A stretch of DNA of 64,000 nt. It comes from Spirochaetota bacterium (GTDB taxonomy: Bacteria; Spirochaetota; UBA4802; JAFGDQ01). The stretch is taken from the NCBI GenBank assembly GCA_043803405.1, contig JAZDKB010000018.1, positions 160,001 through 224,000 of the forward strand. The letters are read 5' to 3'. This document shows positions 29,671 to 40,359 of this stretch, one piece after another. Under the pieces are notes generated by a model. It was not told the DNA's origin, did no database searches, and saw only the letters and a program-made list of their open reading frames with translations. The translations under genes were made by a program, and so were the position numbers. Each line of letters begins with the position of its first letter. The first letter of the stretch is position 1.

Positions 29671-30048
29671 TTATTCCTCCAAACAGTTGCTTCTGCACTA
29701 TAACGAGTGAATTCATATTTTGTAAATACTTATTATTTCTACAGGGGAATAAAATCTGTATTTTTTTAATAAGATAATTGACTAATATAAATACATATCC
29801 TAACATAACAACGGTCTAAAACAGGAGATTAATTCTCCTTTAAACTGTCAATTGTTTTTGATGCATCAGAATATATCAAAATAGGTTTTGTTGCAGAAAT
29901 TACCTTTATACTTTTAGTAGAGTATAATAATATATTAAAAATTTATCTGTAAGGCTATAAAATTTAAATAATATTAAGCTGGTTGCATTTTTTAAAGTTA
30001 AATCCGGTTTTGCAACGACCCAATAATATTATTTGCAGGAGTAAATTA

Positions 30049-30636
30049 ATGAAAGTAATTCATATAATTAAAAAAATAGAATCAATAGATGAGGATATTA
30101 AGGAGCTAAGAAAGCTCGAAAAATCTCTGCAAAAAGACAAGTCCTTTTCAACACCTATTTATATATCAATTGAAAAGCAGATAAATATATTGCTGGGAGA
30201 CAGAATTAAGATGCTTGAGCTCAAGATTGCAAATCCTCCTCTTGACATGTTAAAGGATATTGAAGGAGCAGAGGCTGAAGAGGCATCTGAAAAAAAACCG
30301 GAAAAATCGGTAAAAAAAGCAAAGCCGAAAAAAGACAAGTCTTCAGTAAAAGCAGGCGATGAAACGGATGAGATAGAGGACATTGACGACATTGGCATTT
30401 TAACGCAGGATTTAATAGACGAAAAGTTCGCCAGGTTAAAAGAAGAAAAAGATCTTATTGATAAAAAATTAGCCGGCCCGATGCGTAATAAAGATGATGA
30501 AGACAGCATAAGCGATGAAAGCATTAAGCTCCTGGACGTTGCACTTGAGAACGGCTCTCTTAACAAGACTTCACTTGATAAAGAAAGGAAGAAGGTCAGA
30601 TTCTTTAAAGATAATTTTCCGGGCGGGGATTACTAA
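30049..30636 (+). CDS. Hypothetical charged protein
   Basis: Start MKVIH at 30049 after AGGAG; coiled N-terminus and Lys/Glu/Asp-rich middle; no recognised motif. Confidence 0.65.
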   Translation: MKVIHIIKKIESIDEDIKELRKLEKSLQKDKSFSTPIYISIEKQINILLGDRIKMLELKIANPPLDMLKDIEGAEAEEASEKKPEKSVKKAKPKKDKSSVKAGDETDEIEDIDDIGILTQDLIDEKFARLKEEKDLIDKKLAGPMRNKDDEDSISDESIKLLDVALENGSLNKTSLDKERKKVRFFKDNFPGGDY

Positions 30637-30642
30637 AATTAT

Positions 30643-33390
30643 TTAAGCTTTTTTCATACCTTTTTCAAGCATCGATTCAATTTTATATTTCTCCAGAAAA
30701 TAGATTGTGCTGCCCATTTCGCTTTCGTTTTTATTCAGATTTTTAAATGCTACTTCTCTTACAATAACGCTAACATTCATGCCTTTCTTTTTATCCTGCA
30801 AAAGCTTTGCCGATATGCTCCCTAAATCTTTAAAAGACACAAACCCTGAGGAAGTTTTATCCTGATATATAATATTATAGAATGTTTCGTTATCGCGTCT
30901 TTCAATGAGAGCCGCAAGCGCGCGTTTATTTTCCGAAATTAAAATCAGCTTTCCTTTAACTATTGCCGTTTCATCAACAACAGACAATTCCCCGAACCTG
31001 TCGATCAGCAGCTTATTAATTTTAAATGTATTCTTTTTCTTCTCCGAAATCTGTGCTGTTTTGGTTAGGCGCTTAACAATATTCTGGCAAAAATCATACA
31101 GATAAGTCAGGAATTCCTCCTTCATTGCAATCGGTTTTATGAATGAAAACAAATTCCCGGTTTCATTAACTATATAAGTAAAAAACAGATTTCCTTTTTC
31201 TTCATACGCAGCCGTAAGAATATTGTTTTCAGAAATATTGCGTAGCGCACTTAATGAAGTAAATACCGGGTCTCCGGAGAAAAAACCGTATTCAATTTGC
31301 TTTTTCGGTTTTATAGTTATGGCAGTTAAAAGATTGATTATATTCGGATAAATACCGGTTTCTATTTCTTCACCGTTTCTTATTACCATCACCAGTTTTG
31401 TTCCGATATTTGCGATAAATCCGGCTGATGTTTTTTTCCTGTCTTCGATTATGGCAGCATAGGCTTCTTTAAATAAGCTGATTATTCTTTTAAACGGTTT
31501 TTTATATGGATCAGGCGTGTTAATTGCGCAATGATCTTCAAAACTTTTTTTTAATTTATTGCCGTCTTTTAAAACAGTAAAAAGTATATTAATGAGATCT
31601 TCTTCGGAATTATATTCTTTTAAATATGATTCGCCCCAGCTTGTATGATAAAGAAAATGCAGTGTCTGAATTTCTTCGGGATTTTCAATATTAAAATTAA
31701 CTATTAAGAAATTTAACAGATTAAAAACAGGACTCAGAAAATAATCATTTCTTAAAACGATCCTCTCTTCTTTAAAAAAATTGGAACTTTGATCGAGAAA
31801 GCTCAGTACCTGCTGCTGATTGATCCTTGTGTATCCAGACTGTATGTTCACCCTGGTAAAACCCGGATAAAATATCTGGTTAAGAGATGTCCAGATTAAA
31901 AGTTTCAGCAAATTGCTTTCAGTCTTCAGTGTGGTTGTTATAAAACTGTCGGTTTTTACGGTGTTTCTTTTATACAATCTCCACTCTATGTTGTTAACAG
32001 ATTGATTGACAGGTTCAATATATAATACTGGTTCGGATGGCGTATCCTTAAATGTAATGAACTGTTCAATTTTATCAGGTTCACGCTTAAAATGAGTTTT
32101 AAGTTTCCTGTTCAGTATCATCGCATCATTCTCGGTAACCTTCTTCGCAAGCTTCAATGTCGGGAATTGTTCCGTGATATTTTTATAGCTTAAGAGCATT
32201 AATTTTTTTACCGAGTCCCAGAATTCCATTACTTTATTGAAATCCCATGTGTCAAAATTATCGAGATCCGATATTTTATCCATGTTCCATTGCCATTCTT
32301 TGACATACTGGAACATTATTTCAACTTTATACGGAATATTTTTATTGTCTTTAACCCCCAGGTACTTTGAGAGCTGCGGATCGATTTTAAGGTAAAGATT
32401 TTTCTTAAGCATCTCCAGAAGGTTTTTGTCCCTGATCCTTGAGCTGTAGAAATCATAAACTTCCTTAAACATCATTAAGTACGAATCCAGTACGGTATTG
32501 TCGAATGTGCTGTTTTGCACATTAATTTTAACCTTCTGGCTCATAAGCGGTGAGTCGTTAGTAATTGAAAGATATTTTTCAAGGAGCCCTATTTTAATTA
32601 TAGATTTAAAAGGATTCCCAAGCGATTTTATTATCTGGAAAAGGGCTGCTCCTAAAAAATCTTCCCTGGATATTTCATAAAGATTTCCAAGATCGACAAA
32701 ATCCTTCTCAATCATTTCCTTTGGAAGCCTTGAGAACATCTCGTTATATTCTTTATCTTTTATCAGTTGAGGGACAACCCACCAGAACGGTATTTTTCCT
32801 GCAATAATAATTGAGCTTCTTAGAAATTCATCTTTCAAAACTGCACCTACTGTTGAACCGAATGCTTCTACTTCATCTACCGCAAAAATATTCTGTTTAA
32901 CAAGCTCAACATCATTTATAAAAATATGTACAGGCAGTTTTATTTCCGAAGCAGCCCATTTCTGAACAGCCTCTACTTTTTTCTTGAAAAGCTCAAAAGA
33001 TTCCGGAGATGTTTCTCTGAGGTCTATGCATGCCCAGTAATCGAAGTCGGATTTTTTGTTATACGCGATAGTTCCTATACTGCCCATAATGGCCAGCATC
33101 TCAATAAAAGGGCGTTTGGTCTGTGATATTTCCACCGTAGTTGCAGGAAATTTTCCGCGGATAAATCTTCTTGTATCTTCATCCAGTTCGTAATTGGCTA
33201 TTCCAAGCGGGACATTACCATCAACATATCCCGGAAATTTTTTATGATTAACGCTTAGAAAAAATGGAATGGAATTAATAACTTTTTTTGTATTTGTGTT
33301 GCCTACAAATTGCTGGAAACGCTGATATTTAATTTTATTGAATTCCAGAAATTTATTTTTATTGTTTTCGATTTGTTCCAAAAATTCCAT
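30643..33390 (-). CDS. cyaA: Class I adenylate cyclase
   Basis: MGSIGTIAYNKKSDFDYW (GS..SDxD nucleotidyltransferase signature of class I AC), LKDEFLRS, AGKIPFWW, DLGNL, KSLGNPFKS. Confidence 0.85.
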   Translation of the reverse strand: MEFLEQIENNKNKFLEFNKIKYQRFQQFVGNTNTKKVINSIPFFLSVNHKKFPGYVDGNVPLGIANYELDEDTRRFIRGKFPATTVEISQTKRPFIEMLAIMGSIGTIAYNKKSDFDYWACIDLRETSPESFELFKKKVEAVQKWAASEIKLPVHIFINDVELVKQNIFAVDEVEAFGSTVGAVLKDEFLRSSIIIAGKIPFWWVVPQLIKDKEYNEMFSRLPKEMIEKDFVDLGNLYEISREDFLGAALFQIIKSLGNPFKSIIKIGLLEKYLSITNDSPLMSQKVKINVQNSTFDNTVLDSYLMMFKEVYDFYSSRIRDKNLLEMLKKNLYLKIDPQLSKYLGVKDNKNIPYKVEIMFQYVKEWQWNMDKISDLDNFDTWDFNKVMEFWDSVKKLMLLSYKNITEQFPTLKLAKKVTENDAMILNRKLKTHFKREPDKIEQFITFKDTPSEPVLYIEPVNQSVNNIEWRLYKRNTVKTDSFITTTLKTESNLLKLLIWTSLNQIFYPGFTRVNIQSGYTRINQQQVLSFLDQSSNFFKEERIVLRNDYFLSPVFNLLNFLIVNFNIENPEEIQTLHFLYHTSWGESYLKEYNSEEDLINILFTVLKDGNKLKKSFEDHCAINTPDPYKKPFKRIISLFKEAYAAIIEDRKKTSAGFIANIGTKLVMVIRNGEEIETGIYPNIINLLTAITIKPKKQIEYGFFSGDPVFTSLSALRNISENNILTAAYEEKGNLFFTYIVNETGNLFSFIKPIAMKEEFLTYLYDFCQNIVKRLTKTAQISEKKKNTFKINKLLIDRFGELSVVDETAIVKGKLILISENKRALAALIERRDNETFYNIIYQDKTSSGFVSFKDLGSISAKLLQDKKKGMNVSVIVREVAFKNLNKNESEMGSTIYFLEKYKIESMLEKGMKKA

Positions 33391-33454
33391 AATTTGTTTT
33401 AATATGTTCTTTTATTGCTGTCAAAATTATTAATAATATTATTACTCAAAAAAA

Positions 33455-34483
33455 TTATTCCGCAGGTTGCAAAATAATTTCAGTAACAAGTTCAAATATC
33501 GGATTGGATATGACGTTATTTGAATAACTGTAACTTTTTATCTGTTTATCTGTTTTATAGATCAAAGGGAATATTGTTTTTATGCTTTTTTGCGAAAATG
33601 CTTTCAGGCTTTCGTTGAAATTAGCCTGGTTCCTCGGATTTATTCCTATTTCATTCATTGCAGCTTCGCTGTTCAAGTTATTTTTAATTAAATCATAGTA
33701 TTTTTCAATCAGCTCAGTCTGTCTCATTATCAGTTTTAATATTGCAAGCTCATGCGTCCCGTTATCAAGAACTCTGGCGAGTTTATAATAACTGCTTTTT
33801 TCTTTTTTAAATAATGACTCGATAAATTCAAAGACCGAAAACTCCTTTGAATTCTGTATATACTTATTAATGATTTCCTTTGTAATGTGTTTCTCACCTG
33901 AATCGATAATCATTCCCAGGGATTCATCGATTTTATGAATGTCCCTGCCTGTCAGATCGATTAAATGAATTGCTGCCGATCTTTCCATCTCTAAACCGTT
34001 TTTACGAAATGAAGCTGTAATATAGCCTAATATATCATTTTCGAACAATCTCCAGAACTGATATGCTTTAATAAATTTTAAATCTTTGCTGTCAATTACC
34101 GCCGGTATCTTATTTTCAGGGCTTGTCATAATCAGAATAGTTTCATCAGGTTTGGAGCTAATAACTTCTTTGAGGAGTTGACGGTCTTCGCTTTTTGCCT
34201 TTAACGAATTAATGTTCAGCATTACGCAGACTTTATTATCGGAGAACATGGAAGCGGAAAGCGCAAATTCTGCCGCATCCTTAAAGTCGCCGCTTTCAAG
34301 GTGGAATCTTCTGGCTGAATATTCTTTTTCATCAGGGCCGGTAATCGCTATATCGGTAATTCTGCTGATTATCTTTTCCTTTTCTCCTTCTTCCTCACCC
34401 AGAAAAAGATACATGTTTTCAAGCTTGCCGGATTTTATTTCTGCAGCAAGCTGTTTTGAATTCGGAAATTTTTGATATGCCAT
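33455..34483 (-). CDS. holA: DNA polymerase III delta subunit
   Basis: MYLFLGEEEG, SMFSDNKV, SVFEFIE; length and position after an lptE-like gene. Confidence 0.8.
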   Translation of the reverse strand: MAYQKFPNSKQLAAEIKSGKLENMYLFLGEEEGEKEKIISRITDIAITGPDEKEYSARRFHLESGDFKDAAEFALSASMFSDNKVCVMLNINSLKAKSEDRQLLKEVISSKPDETILIMTSPENKIPAVIDSKDLKFIKAYQFWRLFENDILGYITASFRKNGLEMERSAAIHLIDLTGRDIHKIDESLGMIIDSGEKHITKEIINKYIQNSKEFSVFEFIESLFKKEKSSYYKLARVLDNGTHELAILKLIMRQTELIEKYYDLIKNNLNSEAAMNEIGINPRNQANFNESLKAFSQKSIKTIFPLIYKTDKQIKSYSYSNNVISNPIFELVTEIILQPAE

Positions 34484-34484
34484 C

Positions 34485-35102
34485 CTACTTTTTCCCTTTC
34501 TCAGCCGGAGTCATTAATTCCGTATACCATCCGTTTATTGTTTTAAAGGCTATTCTCCCTGCCAGATCGTCAAGAACTTTCTCCAAAGTCAGTGTTTCAG
34601 AAGAAATGGGAGGTTTTATTTCCGAGAATTCCTTAAATGCCTGTATCTCCTTTTCATAAAATATTTCATTTTTATTGTTCATATCGAATAATTTTACTGA
34701 AGCTGTAATTCTGAGCCTTTTCTTAACCGGTTTATCGAAACCGTTATATTCCAGACCCTGCACCTGATATTCTTTTATTATTCCGCTAAGGATCAGATCC
34801 GCATTTTCATTTTCAGATACAACAGCAAGCCGTCCGTCCAGCCTTATTTGTTCTCTTAATTTGACCGTAAGTTCCTCGGATATGGAAGATAATCCTGTTA
34901 AATTGTTAAATACAGGAACGCTTATTTTATTTGCCTGTCTCGGAACGACAGGTTCGCCTTTAAAATTCTTTAAAACATCTTTAACTGAATGATCTTTCCT
35001 GTTTTCGTCCGAAACGCAGCCCGATAAAAAAACAATAAAGGAAAAAGCAGCCGTAATTAGTATTTTTTTGTTTAAAAAAACAAAAAACATTATAAACCTC
35101 AT
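34485..35102 (-). CDS. lptE: LptE-like lipoprotein (start uncertain)
   Basis: Lipobox LSGC; ISVPVFNNLT, ADLILSGII; directly upstream of holA. Confidence 0.65.
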   Translation of the reverse strand: MRFIMFFVFLNKKILITAAFSFIVFLSGCVSDENRKDHSVKDVLKNFKGEPVVPRQANKISVPVFNNLTGLSSISEELTVKLREQIRLDGRLAVVSENENADLILSGIIKEYQVQGLEYNGFDKPVKKRLRITASVKLFDMNNKNEIFYEKEIQAFKEFSEIKPPISSETLTLEKVLDDLAGRIAFKTINGWYTELMTPAEKGKK

Positions 35103-35241
35103 AAATCAATAAAAAAAATTCTAATGGAACCGGATATTTATCCGATAATATCAGTATATCATTTTATACTCTAAGTTATAGGTCTTCCTTATTTTGTATT
35201 GTTGCACTCAAACACCTACAAACTAATGAAGATAATAAAAT

Positions 35242-35274
35242 AAAAAACGGGATATGTAAATTATCCCGTTTTTT
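35242..35274. terminator. Bidirectional intrinsic terminator
   Basis: AAAAAACGGGATA-tgtaaat-TATCCCGTTTTTT just after the stop of the 35278 gene. Confidence 0.8.
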
Positions 35275-35277
35275 TAT

Positions 35278-38200
35278 TTATATTGTCCTTAAAAGTTCCC
35301 TGAATTTATACATCTCGTCGATATATTTTTGCGCCGACAGATCCCAGTAACTGACCGACTTTTCCGCAAGAATCCTTGCCTTGTATACGATTTCGTCATT
35401 GTTGTTTTTAAAAAAAGCCGATGCTCTTTCCACTGCGTCGTAAAATGCCCATGGGCTGAAGTCCGAAAACAAAAATCCGCTCCCCTGAACCCTGTCCCCG
35501 CTTACGCTGATGGGAAATACGGTATCCCGGAGGCCTCCTGTCGCACGCGCTATTACAAAACAGCCGCATGCAAGAGCCTCAAGCTGGGATATTCCGCCTG
35601 GTTCGTTCATTGACGGCATACAGAAAAAATCGGTAGATAAAAGCGGTATGCGCACATCCTGAAATCCGAAGGAAACCCGTACATTATCCGGATAACAGTT
35701 TCCCAGAATGTAAAGCCCGTGAGCTATTTCTTCGGCCCGGTTGTCGCCCGAAGCGACAGCTCCTCCTATTATTGCCTGGCACCCCAGGCGGGTAAATATT
35801 CCTTCGGAAGCTTCAAGCAAAAGCTGAAAACCCTTTTGTTCCGATATCCGGTGAATCATGCATAAAAGCATTATATCAGGATCTACTTTCAGGTTTTTTT
35901 CCAGTTGAAGCATCATTTTATTAATTAATCTTTTTATAATATACTTACGTTTTTCATCTTCTATATCATTAATTGTTTTTATGCCTTTTATAATTTCAGG
36001 ATACCTTGTCTCGATCTTCTCCCTGAGACGATTTTCTTTTTTTATTTTTTCGATCAGCAATGGATAATATTGTTCAAAAAATCCGGAGCTTTTATAATGA
36101 TGATTAACTCTTTTGCGGAAATCACGTCCAATTGCATTGCTTATCCCCAGAACGTTTTTTACTATGCGTTCAAGTCCGTCGCATGCCCTTTCGATCTGCA
36201 GGGCATAGGACGGGCTTACAGTTATTACTTTATCGGCAAACCGGACCGCAGCTGCCATACAGTTTAGCCTGTCGGGGTGCACGGGATCTGCAAAATCGCC
36301 GGCTCTCCATTGCGGAAGATTAAAAAGATTAAATATGTTAAATCCGTTCTCAAAAAAATGAAATGAGTCGAAATACTGCCATCCGCCGTTATGTATTATA
36401 TGAAGAAATTTAGTCATTGCAAAGTTAGGATTATTTGCATAAAAGGAATCGGAACGGACAATCCCGTTAAATAAACCCGCGTAAGCGTCATTCGTGAAAG
36501 TGAAGTACGGATTTAACTCGAAATTTATTATAACTTCCACGCTGGCTCTTGAAAACGCAACCCTTCTCCTTATCTTTTCCGAGGAAGTAATACCCCAGTA
36601 AAGGCCGTCAAAAAATTCATGATGGTCCAACAGAAAATATTTTACTCCGTCGACTATACCGGAATAAACACCTGCCGTATATTCATCCCCTAAAATCTTA
36701 AATTTTATATTTTTACCGGTATAAGAAATATTATATTTTTTGACCGCCTCTGCCATTTTTTTTACTGCTTTGTCATCTCCATGTTTATAATAACCTGATA
36801 TTACATATACTTCTTCACCCATTCTGGCAAACTCTCTCGGCAGTTCGTATACTACATTTGCAAGTCCGCCGCTTTTTGAAAACGGCTCGGCTTCTGCCGA
36901 TAAAAATACAATGGCTCCTTTTTTATTGTGAAACCTGATATATTCAGCAATTTTCCTTAAAGTATCATCAGGATGCGCTGACAACAGATTTATATAATTA
37001 ATCACAATTTCTTTACTCAGTATATCGTTAATTGAAAGATGGAACAGCGCGCGTTTTATTCCCAGTTCCAGGATGCTGATTTTATCTGCATTGAATAAAG
37101 GTTTAAGTGTAAGCAGGATGTCTGTAAATTTTTCGTAAGTGGAACTTTTAGACGCAATTTCATTAAATGCAAAGTTGGATTTAAAATGTCGCACATCGGA
37201 TATATTGCTCATTCTGGCAAACGAGTCCTTTAAAAAATCATCATAATATTCGCCGATCTCGTCAACTTTAACCAGCTGCAGCAGTTTAATCCTTTCAGTG
37301 AATGATACTGTTGATGTAAGCCTGCTTGTTTTAAGTTCGCGCCCGGTATAGAATCCGTGTTCTCCGGTAATATGCGAATATAACGGATCCACGATCTTGT
37401 AAAACGCATCATCGTCTATCGGAAGAACAGGGTTATCGAACTGAAGCGAAACAAACTGGTTTGAATCTGCGAAGTTGAATACACCGATCCATGTAATATC
37501 CTCGGAGAAATTGATTGCCGCGGCAACCATGTTATTATTTGTCCAGATCAGGTAGCCTTTGCCGGTTATTTTTCTGTGGAATCCGTACCATTCCCTGTAA
37601 AATCCCGAGACGCTGCGGTTTGCCGCATTTTCGAACTGGTTCCAGTTCACATAAATATTGTCAAGGAAGACCTTCCAGCCCTCGCCTTCGGCGCTTCCTT
37701 CGTAATCCATAATTACGCTGCTCATGAACATTGTCAGCCCTACTGCAGCGCGAAGCCCCCTGTGCCCGAACGTATTTAAAGCTCTTCGTTCGTCGTGGTT
37801 CCCCAGAATTCCCAGGAGCTCGGTTCCGGGAGGCAATACTGAAGGATAATGCTGATCATAAATATGATAAATTTCCCTTACATCCGTTTTCCCGTGAATA
37901 ATATTTTCACAAATTTTAAATAAAGCGGAATTATAAGGAACTATGCCTGTGCGGGTCAGATATTTTTCATGGCCCCAGTAACATTCCGCTATATTTAAAA
38001 AGTAATTTTTATTTTTCTCTTTAAGCTTCTTCTCAATACTCAGCATCAGAAAATAATGCAAAGGAACAGCCATAGTATCCCTGCATGCCGAATCGTAATA
38101 ACCTGTTGTGATAAAATGCCCGTCTTCCCTGTCGTTTACAATTATTCTGCCTTCAACCATTTCTTCATGCGTTCTTTTACTGCCGTTTATGAATGGATAG

Positions 38201-40128
38201 TTATTTTTCTTCATCATGATAGGGACCGCATGGGCGGAATCGAACCTGATGCCGTCAATATCGAATTTATCTATAAGCAATGCGACGGAGTCTGCAAGCC
38301 ACTCCCATACTTCGAACTTTCTGTAATTGTGAAGCCTGCCGTCGTCCCAGCTCCCGTAGCGGCCGTCGGTTGACGCCCGCTCAACCAGCTGCCCTTCGTG
38401 GTTGTAGCATTTGACTATGTTATCGGCCGGGAAGTTGCTCTTCCTGTTCAGATGCGGGACAATATCCACTATTATTTTTATTCCGATGGAATGGGCTTTT
38501 TTAATCAGGTTGATAAGTTCAGCCTCGCCGCCGAGGTTCGGTTCGATTTCCGTAAGGCTCATAGGCGAGAAGGGGGAAGGCGATGTAGCGCCCGGCGCCC
38601 AGTCTTCCCTGTTATGACCTCTCAGCTGAACCCCGAGAAGGTAAATGGATGTAATATAATAACGGCTTTTAAGATGCTCAAGGTGAGCTGTAATATCCGA
38701 AAAGTTGCCTAGCCGTATTACTTCGCCGTGTTCATTAAAAACAAGTCCCGGATGGCCGTCGCCGTCCTTCCAGAATCTGCCGGTATGCCCGTGTATATCA
38801 GGAAAAATTTCAAATATGATCTCGCCTCTCATGTCCGGCACTATGTTTATTCTGCCGCTTGAGCCTGCAATGTTAAGCCATCCCTGTTCTTTTTTATCTT
38901 TATACACAAGAAAATCATAATGCCCGAGCTGATCAAACATCATATCTGCAAAATGTATTTTCTTTGTATCGTCATATTCCAGTGGAACATCAAAAAACTC
39001 TATGGAATTTTCAAGTGATATCCTGTTTAAAATATTATATTTATAAATCCTTACAAAATATTTTTGCTTTCCGGCAGGCAGTTTAAAATCCAGCCTGGAC
39101 TTTAAACCAGCTCTTATATTTACAAAACGCTCAGCCATGGGCGCATCGAATTCCTTTGGAGAAAAAATCTTTTCCAGAATAATATTCGCCCTGTTCCTTA
39201 TCTCGTGAATGTCATGACCGGAAGCCGAAACCAGAAGCCTTACTATTTCCTTTATGGATTCCGCATCGCCATCTTTTTTGTATAACCTGGCAAATTTTTC
39301 AAGCGATTCGATCGCCTCCATATTTATATTATAATTAAAATGCATTTCATTGCCGGGCATCCTCGCATCCAGCTTGCTTAAAGCAATTTCACGTTCCTTG
39401 TGAGTGAACCTGGTTATTTTTACAGGCTTAACTTTTACTATTTCCACTTTTTCCGGAGCTAATTTCACCAGTTCATCAACAAGCTCGTTTAAAGCTCTGG
39501 ACACGTAAGGAGGGAAAATCTCTATATGAGCGTATCCGGTTTCAATTGCCCTTGATTCGATCATTAGAAGCAGTTTAAAGGATTCGAACAGCATATTGCC
39601 GTTTTTCTTCTGCTCATTGGCAAGCACGTCAAAAATATTCAGGCCGAGATATATGGAAGGGATTTCATCCCACTCCGGTCCTGTGCCTACATGCGAAATT
39701 ACTGTAGTGCTCTCGGATATATGATAGATTGTAGGCTTCCCGGGCTTTTCCTTTATTATTACGAATCTTCTGTTGTTAAGATTTGTCAGGGCTCCCTCTG
39801 CAATTGCCTTATGAATAAAAAGCGCGGCAGATACCAGGCGGGAAGAGAGCCTTGCGTCGCTCATTAACCTGTTACGATAATTTTCATCGCCGTTTGAAAT
39901 TTTATCAATAATGCCGTTTTTAATCGCGATAAAGCGGTCGCTTAATTGTTCCTGCGAAGCACCTGCTTTAAACTCCGATATAATTAACGAGTCGGGTGAA
40001 AAATCGAAACATCTCTGGTTCATGAAGGCTTCGGTTATTTCATTTCTGACCAGTAAGTCAGTAACTAGATGCTCGTCCTTTAAGCTGAACCTTGAAAGGC
40101 TGCTGAGAGTTGAAGTTGATTTTTGCAA
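35278..40128 (-). CDS. glgA: GH13 alpha-amylase-family domain fused to GT5 glycogen synthase, with an unknown N-terminal region
   Basis: GH13: VDIVPH, DGIRFDSAH, IAECYW, GNHDE. GT5: EAEPFSKSGGLANV, IIHNGGWQ, TVSPSYA, RISEQKG, PSMNEPGGISQL, ATGGLRDTV. Confidence 0.85.
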   Translation of the reverse strand: MQKSTSTLSSLSRFSLKDEHLVTDLLVRNEITEAFMNQRCFDFSPDSLIISEFKAGASQEQLSDRFIAIKNGIIDKISNGDENYRNRLMSDARLSSRLVSAALFIHKAIAEGALTNLNNRRFVIIKEKPGKPTIYHISESTTVISHVGTGPEWDEIPSIYLGLNIFDVLANEQKKNGNMLFESFKLLLMIESRAIETGYAHIEIFPPYVSRALNELVDELVKLAPEKVEIVKVKPVKITRFTHKEREIALSKLDARMPGNEMHFNYNINMEAIESLEKFARLYKKDGDAESIKEIVRLLVSASGHDIHEIRNRANIILEKIFSPKEFDAPMAERFVNIRAGLKSRLDFKLPAGKQKYFVRIYKYNILNRISLENSIEFFDVPLEYDDTKKIHFADMMFDQLGHYDFLVYKDKKEQGWLNIAGSSGRINIVPDMRGEIIFEIFPDIHGHTGRFWKDGDGHPGLVFNEHGEVIRLGNFSDITAHLEHLKSRYYITSIYLLGVQLRGHNREDWAPGATSPSPFSPMSLTEIEPNLGGEAELINLIKKAHSIGIKIIVDIVPHLNRKSNFPADNIVKCYNHEGQLVERASTDGRYGSWDDGRLHNYRKFEVWEWLADSVALLIDKFDIDGIRFDSAHAVPIMMKKNNYPFINGSKRTHEEMVEGRIIVNDREDGHFITTGYYDSACRDTMAVPLHYFLMLSIEKKLKEKNKNYFLNIAECYWGHEKYLTRTGIVPYNSALFKICENIIHGKTDVREIYHIYDQHYPSVLPPGTELLGILGNHDERRALNTFGHRGLRAAVGLTMFMSSVIMDYEGSAEGEGWKVFLDNIYVNWNQFENAANRSVSGFYREWYGFHRKITGKGYLIWTNNNMVAAAINFSEDITWIGVFNFADSNQFVSLQFDNPVLPIDDDAFYKIVDPLYSHITGEHGFYTGRELKTSRLTSTVSFTERIKLLQLVKVDEIGEYYDDFLKDSFARMSNISDVRHFKSNFAFNEIASKSSTYEKFTDILLTLKPLFNADKISILELGIKRALFHLSINDILSKEIVINYINLLSAHPDDTLRKIAEYIRFHNKKGAIVFLSAEAEPFSKSGGLANVVYELPREFARMGEEVYVISGYYKHGDDKAVKKMAEAVKKYNISYTGKNIKFKILGDEYTAGVYSGIVDGVKYFLLDHHEFFDGLYWGITSSEKIRRRVAFSRASVEVIINFELNPYFTFTNDAYAGLFNGIVRSDSFYANNPNFAMTKFLHIIHNGGWQYFDSFHFFENGFNIFNLFNLPQWRAGDFADPVHPDRLNCMAAAVRFADKVITVSPSYALQIERACDGLERIVKNVLGISNAIGRDFRKRVNHHYKSSGFFEQYYPLLIEKIKKENRLREKIETRYPEIIKGIKTINDIEDEKRKYIIKRLINKMMLQLEKNLKVDPDIMLLCMIHRISEQKGFQLLLEASEGIFTRLGCQAIIGGAVASGDNRAEEIAHGLYILGNCYPDNVRVSFGFQDVRIPLLSTDFFCMPSMNEPGGISQLEALACGCFVIARATGGLRDTVFPISVSGDRVQGSGFLFSDFSPWAFYDAVERASAFFKNNNDEIVYKARILAEKSVSYWDLSAQKYIDEMYKFRELLRTI

Positions 40129-40242
40129 AATTTTACCTCTACCACTTAAATATACAAATTTTTATTATTGAGAATTAATAAGTCAGATAATCAATCCGGT
40201 GCGGGATAATCCGTAATCACAATCTCTTTATAACATTAAAAT

Positions 40243-40269
40243 ATATCGACAAAAAATGCAATTAAATTA
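40243..40269 (-). promoter_or_regulatory. Sigma28-like promoter candidate
   Basis: TAAT-N15-GTCGATAT on the minus strand, ~115 bp upstream of the GH13-GT5 gene. Confidence 0.4.
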
Positions 40270-40359
40270 TCTTTCAAAATACACTGTTAAGTTCTTGACT
40301 TTAATAAAACGATATATTAAATTTTTTTAATAAATAATATTTCCCCAGGAGGAAGAAGT

